25,165 nt of DNA from Nitrospirota bacterium. GTDB lineage: Bacteria > Nitrospirota > UBA9217. The position numbers and the translations under genes are program-made. Location of the stretch: positions 1 through 25,165 of the forward strand of contig CAVUHW010000019.1 of the NCBI GenBank assembly GCA_963741205.1, written 5' to 3'. Below are positions 19,616 to 25,165 of the stretch, in pieces (the first letter of the stretch is position 1; every line of letters begins with the position of its first letter). The notes beneath the pieces were generated by a model. It did no database searches, was not told where the DNA came from, and saw only the letters and a program-made list of their open reading frames with translations.

Positions 19616-22305
19616 ATGAAGACGGAAACAATGAAGACGGAGAATGTCAACTATTTGTGATAAACCTGATTGTGATTGGCGCAGTAGTTCTGACCTTCGC
19701 GCTTTTCGGGTGCAACAGCGGCAAAACGTGCGGACACGACGGCGGCGGGAGCGCTGATCGAGGGGCCGTCGCTCTATAACAGAGACTGCAGCGGATGTCA
19801 TGGCTCCCTTGCCACCAGCGGCAAGAAGGGGGCACGGTTCCCAGATTCAGGACGCGATTTCGCACAACTGGGGCGGCATGGGCGCCTATGCCAGCCTCAC
19901 GGCTGATCAGATCCAGGCAATTGCGACCGCCCTGCCGGCTCCGGTGACCACAACCCCTGACACGACGAACGAACGATACGCCCACCTCTCAACAACGCTC
20001 GACGGGGCTGCGCTCTATACGGCAAACTGCAGTTCCTGCCACGGCGCGCTTGCTGCGAGCGGCAAGAGCGGCGCACTGGCGGCCGCGATCCAGGCGGCTA
20101 TTACGTACAACTACGGCGGCATGGGACGGTTCTCAAACCTTACGACAGCCCAGCTCCAGGCCATTGCAGACGCTTTGGCGGCAGTGCCGGCATCGACCCC
20201 GGCTCCCGGTGGTACGTCACGAACGCTCGACGGTGCGGCTCTCTACGCCAGATACTGCCAGGGATGCCACAATCCGCTTGCCACGAGCAGGAAGACAGGG
20301 GCGACTGTGTCCAGGATCCAGGCCGGTATCAGCGGTGAACCCGGCATGAGATCTCTCTCGACCCTCTCGCAAGCGCAGCTTGATGCCATCGCTTCCGCCC
20401 TGGGAGCGCCTGCATCCGGTTCTCCGTCGTCTTCCGGCGGCACATCGACTCCGGGGGTTCGACGACATCAACAGACGGCGCAGCGCTCTATACCAGAATT
20501 GTGAAGCCTGTCATGATCCGCTGGTTGCAAGCAGGAAGGCAGGAAGGACGGCCCCCCAGATCCAGACGGCCATTTCGAACAACAAGGGCGGAATGGGCTA
20601 TCTCTCTGACGCTCACGACAGCGCAGATTGATGCCATTGCCTCCGCCCTGGCAGCGGCCCCGACTCCGGCTCCGACCGACGGCGCGGCGCTTTATACCAA
20701 CAACTGCAGTTCGTGCCACAACTCACTGGCAAATAGTACTGTGAGCGGGGCCACGGCTACCCATGATCAGCGCCGCCATCGCAAGCTATGGCGCAATGAG
20801 CTCGATATCACCTCACGCTGGCGGAGATCCAGGCGATAGCGACCGCCCTGGGAACGTCAACGCGGGGATCGGCTACCTGCACCTCCTTCACCTATTCCGG
20901 GTGGGACGCATGTCAGCCTGACGGCACGCAGACCGAACTCTATGCTCACGTACTCCGCAGGCTGCACCGGCGGAACGCCGGTCCTGTCCCAGGCTTGCAC
21001 TAAGTACCGACTTCGCCCACATCCTGCGCCTATACGTCAGCGCATGGGGCGCCTGTCAGTCTGACGGCACGCAGACCAGAACAATGGCGTCATCGTCTCC
21101 CGCCGGCTGCACCGGGACCCGTCCTGTCACAGCCTGCGCCTACGTCCCCCGACTGGATGGGGCGGCGCTTTATAACAGTAACTGCAGTACCTGTCACTAG
21201 CCCTTGCATCAAGCAAAAAGCTGGGGCGTACGGCCAGCCAGATCCAGTCCGCCATGACAAGCAACATGGGTGGAATGGGATCGCTCTCTAATCTGACGCC
21301 TGCGCAAATCGACGCCATTGCGAGCGCCCTGGCAATTAACTGCACCTCCTTCGCCTATTCCGCGTGGGGCACATGTCAGTCGACGGCGCGCAGACCGAAC
21401 TATGACGTCATCGGCGCCGCCGGCTGCACGGAGGAACGCCGGTCCTGTCGTCAGACCTGCACCTATGTCCCGCCGGTCAAGCCTGCACCTCGTTCACGTA
21501 CTCGGCCTGGGGAGCTTGCCAGTCCAACAGCACGCAGTCCAGAACGATAACGACATCATCTCCCGCCGGCTGCACCGGAGGAACGCCGGTCTTGTCACAA
21601 GCCTGCACCTATGTTCCGCCAACGCAGATATGCGGTTCCTGCCACGCCATCCCGCCGGCGACCGGCAGCACACGTACCAGTACTCGCAAGTCCTGCAGCA
21701 CTTGCCACGGCACGGCTAAAGCTCGACAGTCTCGTCGATTCGGAGCGCCATCAGCGGCGTGAGTGAAATGAGATCACTTTCTGTGCTCACGAGCGCGCAG
21801 CTTCAGGCCATTTCAACAGGGAGTACGGTCCAAGGGACGACAACGACGACTACGACTGCACCGACAGACGGAGCTGGGCTCTACGCCACGTACTGCAGCG
21901 GGTGCCATGGACCCCTTGCCACGAGCGGCCACAGAGGGGCAACGGTTGCCCAGATACAGACCGGCATCAACACGATCAGCGGAATGATGTCTCTTTCTAC
22001 GCTCACGGCGGCGCAACTCCAGGCTATCTCGGATGCGTTAAATTCAACAACACCGACGTCGACACCAGCACCGGCGACGCTGGTATGCGGCTCCTGCCAT
22101 GCCATCCCGCCGGCAACCGGCCATCACTCACTCCACGGGTCGAAAGGTGTCGTGCAGCACTTGCCACGGAACAGGTTACAGCAAGACACCGTGAACGCGG
22201 CCACGCACGCCAACGGCGTGAAAAACATCGCGACCGGGAGCACCCCGGGCTGGAACCCGACCACGGTTCCGTTCGAACGCGTGCCACGGCTCGCATAAAT
22301 GGTAA
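19616..22305 (+). CDS. ~890-aa modular multiheme cytochrome c lipoprotein (7 tandem monoheme domains, 4 TSP1-like modules, C-terminal Geobacter-type heme domain), heavily frameshifted
   Basis: AGGAAGG RBS, ATG at 19616 and signal ...VIGAVVLTFALFGC. CxxCH at 19787, 20028, 20256, 20500, 20705, 21183, 21631, 21694, 21894, 22086 and 22153, plus a probable terminal CxxxCH (SNACHGSHKW*, TAA ends 22305). Repeated DGAALYxxxCxxCH...GGMG..LTxAQIxAIAxAL units. A single gene is inferred because there are no internal RBS or signal peptides. Confidence 0.8.
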
Positions 22306-22325
22306 CTTAGTAGTCAGGCGATACA

Positions 22326-22357
22326 AAGCGCCCTGTCGCAAGACAGGCGCTCTTTTT
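22326..22357 (+). terminator. Intrinsic terminator after cytochrome gene A
   Basis: AGCGCCCTGTC-GCAA-GACAGGCGCT followed by CTTTTT. Confidence 0.7.
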
Positions 22358-22417
22358 CGGTAGTACTCGTAATCACATAGCAACGCGCCATTTTTCAGCT
22401 CGAGATACATGCCAGCT

Positions 22418-22538
22418 GATAGACGACAATACTAAACCATCCGCGAGGGTGGTGGCGGAAAACCTACAGGGTCTCCACTGAGACAGCCGGGCTGCCGAAA
22501 TATCTTTCGATATTCAGGCGCCCGGCTTTTTATTTTTT
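22418..22538 (+). ncRNA. GEMM-I (c-di-GMP-I family) riboswitch, cGAMP-selective GEMM-Ib type, copy 1, with terminator platform
   Basis: GATAGACGACAATACTAAACCATCCGCGAGGGTGG..GCGGAAAACCTACAGGGTCTCC..GAGACAGCCGGGCTGCCGAAATATC closely resembles the Geobacter Gs1761/Gm0970 aptamers. It has A (22431) at the position equivalent to Vc2 G20. Downstream GATATTCAGGCGCCCGGC plus a T-tract can pair with the aptamer 3' half. Confidence 0.93.
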
Positions 22539-22587
22539 GATTCTCGCGCAGTACACAACGCCTTTTTCAGCTCAAATACATACCACA

Positions 22588-22705
22588 GATAGACGACAAT
22601 ACTAAACCATCCGCGAGGGTGGGGCGGAAAACCTACAGGGTCTCCATGAGACAGCCGGGTTGCCGAAATATCTTTTGATATTCAGGCATCCGGCTTTTTT
22701 ATTTT
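22588..22705 (+). ncRNA. GEMM-I riboswitch, cGAMP-selective GEMM-Ib type, copy 2, with terminator platform
   Basis: Near-identical copy 170 bp downstream with the discriminator A at 22601. Followed by GATATTCAGGCATCCGGC-TTTTTTATTTT. Confidence 0.93.
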
Positions 22706-22984
22706 CAAATGCTCTCGCTGAAAAAGCGAGCAAGGAGGTGACGCCGACCATGGCACGGAACGCGAGATGGTTGCTCTGTTATAAAAAACCCCCGGCTCCC
22801 GCCGGTGGCGTAGACACACAGGCAACCCTGTTTCACAAAAACACCATCACGAACAGTTTACGAACGTTATATCCTGACGAGAGCATTTTAAAAACAAGAG
22901 CAAATTGCTGGAGCAATACATTCAGAAGGCGGCAGCACCCGTGCCCGAAGGGACACAAGCCCAAATCAAAAAGGAGATTCAATA

Positions 22985-24962
22985 ATGAGGAAAAACATTC
23001 TCACCCTTCTCATGGTATGTGCAGCGATGATGAGTTTCATGATTGCCGGCTGCAGTTCAAAAGATTCGTCGAACTCGCCGGTCGCATCTAATGCATCCAA
23101 AGCAACGGTATTCGGTGTCGCATCACTGGACACGACGGCTAGCGGAACTGTTTCCGTGAAGGATTCTTCTGTGCCGGCGCAGGAAAAGACGGCAGCCATC
23201 AGCAGCAATGGAGATTACTCTGTTGCCGTGAGCGGGCTCAAGCCGCCTTTCCTTCTCAAGGCTGAAGGGATTGACCAGGCAGGAAACAGCCAGACGCTGT
23301 ATTCTGTTTCGAAAAACGGCGGCCGGGCCAACATCAACCCGATCTCGGACACGGCAGTAGCCGCGTCAGCGAATGATAATACCGATCGGAGCGCACTCTA
23401 CATCATGCGGTCCAGTGAAGATGATCACCGCAGGACCGCGGACAATTTTGAAAGGCTCATCTACCGCCTGCGCACCGTGCTGGCGCCTCTGTTTGAGCTG
23501 TACCATATTTCGGGGAACGCGGTCTACGGCGATGACGATGACGAGATGATGATAACAGCGGACTTCGCGCAATGCTCCATGACGTGCGGTTTGTCGTGAA
23601 CGACCGGAAGGGTAACCGTAACGAACAGGCTGACCGGCGGCATTATCTTTTCAGGGCGCTCAATGATCTCGCTTCGGGAACCTTCTATCCGGAGAACATG
23701 CCTGCCGGGCCCGGGGGATCGACTGCCTGCACCTACACCTATGACGCGTGGAGTGCATGCCAGTCAAACGGAACCCAGACCAGGAACCTCCTGACCACGT
23801 CTCCCGCGGGCTGCACCGGGACTCCGGTCCTGTCGCAGGCCTGCACCTTGTCCGCCTACTCCAACGGCCTGCACCTACACCTATGGTGCATGGGGCACTT
23901 GTCTGTCAAGCGGAACGCAGCTCAGGAGCCTCCTGACATCGACTCCCGCAGGCTGCACAGGCACGCCTGTCCTGACACAGAACTGCACACCGCCGGCGCC
24001 GGCCTGCGACACCTACAACTACTCCGCGTGGGGCGCATGCGTGAACAACACGCAGACCAGAACGGTGACATCATTGTCCCCCGCCGGCTGTACAGGGACG
24101 CCCACAACAGCGTCGATCCTGACACAGGCCTGCACCCCGACGCCGCCGGCCTGCACCACCTACAACTACTCCGCATGGAGCGCATGCAGTGAACAACTCG
24201 CAGACCAGAACGGTGACATCATTGTCCCCCGCCGGCTGCACAGGGACGCCCACAACAGCGTCGATCCTGACACAGGCCTGCACCCCACCGCCGCCGGCCT
24301 GCACCACCTACAACTACTCCGCGTGGAGCGCATGCCAGTCAACAACTCGCAGACCAGAACGGTGACATCATTGTCCCCCGCCGGCTGTACAGGGACGCAC
24401 AACAGCGTCGATCCTGACACAGGCCTGCACCCCGCCGCCGCCGGCCTGCACCACCTACAACTACTCCGCATGGGGCCGTGCCAGTCGAACAACACGCAGA
24501 CCAGAACGGTGACATCATTGTCCCCCGCCGGCTGTACAGGGACGCCCACAACAGCGTCGATCCTGACACAGGCCTGCACCCCGCCGCCGCCGGCCTGCAC
24601 CACCTACAACTACTCCGCGTGGAGCGCATGCGTGAACAACTCGCAGACCAGAACGGTGACATCATTGTCCCCCGCCGGCTGTGTAGGGACGCCCACAACA
24701 CGTCGATCCTGTCACAGTCCTGCACCTCGCCGACGCCGGTCTGCGGCTCCTGCCACGCCATCCCGCCGGCGAGTGGCCAGCACGATTTCCACGTGAACTC
24801 GAAGGGTACGAGTGCAGCAGATGCCACGGCACGGGCTACAGCTCAACTGCTGTGAATACGGCAACGCACATGAACGGCGTGGTAAACATCGTAAACACAT
24901 TGAACTACAACGCGTCTACGAGCTCCTGCTCTCCCGGGTGCCACGGCACGCGGACCTGGTAG
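22985..24962 (+). CDS. ~660-aa lipoprotein: N-terminal beta-sandwich-like domain, 7 TSP1-like Cys/Trp repeats and C-terminal cytochrome c domain (2 CxxCH + CxxxCH), frameshifted
   Basis: AAGGAG RBS and lipobox MIAGC. GTVSVKDS..GDYSVAVSGLKPPFLLKA..ANINPISD resembles a carboxypeptidase-regulatory-like lipoprotein domain. Repeats start at 23728, 23870, 24005, 24152, 24300, 24447 and 24596. Heme motifs are CGSCH (24742), CSRCH (24813) and CSPGCHGTRTW* (24927-24962). Confidence 0.8.
24005..24723 (+). repeat. Coding tandem repeat, five near-identical ~147-150 bp units
   Basis: TACAACTACTCC recurs at 24014, 24161, 24309, 24456 and 24605. The unit encodes CTTYNYSAWSACxNNxQTRTVTSLSPAGCTGTPTTASILTQACTPPPPA. 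Confidence 0.95.
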
Positions 24963-25005
24963 GTTGTAGCGAGGTAGTACTGACTCAGAACATCTCCAAC
25001 CATCC

Positions 25006-25034
25006 AAGGGCCTGCTCACGCAGGCCCTTTTTTT
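25006..25034 (+). terminator. Intrinsic terminator after cytochrome gene B
   Basis: AAGGGCCTGC-TCAC-GCAGGCCCTT followed by TTTTT. Confidence 0.9.
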
Positions 25035-25165
25035 GTGTGCCGAGCATGCGCACTCACTTGGAGGTGAAAGTCCTCTACCCAGCCCGATGAAGACGATGAA
25101 TTGGCAAAGTGCAGGGCATCGTCCTTGTTTGCGGGGTGGACGTGAGCATAACCTACCCTGAACCG
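25035..25165 (+). mobile_element. 5' end of a group IIC intron (runs off the window)
   Basis: Starts GTGTG (GUGYG consensus) immediately after the terminator T-tract. GTGTGCCGAGCATG...GAGGTGAAAGTCCTC parallels the class C intron 5' end GTGTGCCCGGCATGGG...GGGTGAGAGTCCC. Confidence 0.82.

Noticed and set aside
21198-21200. TAG right after CSTCH as pyrrolysine or read-through
   Set aside because: The conserved LASSKK continuation is in a different frame, so an indel explains it better.
22660-23091. 143-aa ORF, and a possible sigma54 site TGGCACG near 22751
   Set aside because: The ORF overlaps the riboswitch terminator and gene B and has no recognisable features. The motif lacks GC at the required -12 spacing.
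24005-24723. CRISPR array
   Set aside because: Units are ~147 bp, contiguous, lack unique spacers and encode a protein repeat. No cas genes are present.

Overview
25 kb bacterial window, probably from an anaerobic Desulfobacterota- or Nitrospirota-like organism (inferred from Geobacter-type riboswitches and cytochrome motifs). Many single-base frameshifts occur near both ends and in GC-rich repeats. They look like long-read errors, so several genes were rejoined by hand across frames. Left to right: (i) a small outer-membrane beta-barrel gene, an orphan gene end followed by an attC-like site, and a MddA/nurim-like membrane methyltransferase; (ii) an intact DUF2760 + Hsp70-like + Hsp70-DUF3731 operon; (iii) island debris, comprising an att-like tRNA 3' fragment with arm repeats, a P4-type integrase fragment, an AAA_14/DUF4143 ATPase and a truncated CARDB-repeat gene; (iv) a minus-strand block with a GlrK/QseG/GlrR-like sensor, lipoprotein and sigma54 activator, a ~1000-aa beta-propeller/di-heme lipoprotein and a DUF1848 gene; (v) the most interesting part, two divergently transcribed repeat-built cytochrome c lipoproteins carrying thrombospondin-type-1-like Cys/Trp modules. 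The first follows a sigma54 promoter and the second follows tandem cGAMP-type (GEMM-Ib) riboswitches; (vi) the 5' end of a group IIC intron directly after the final terminator.
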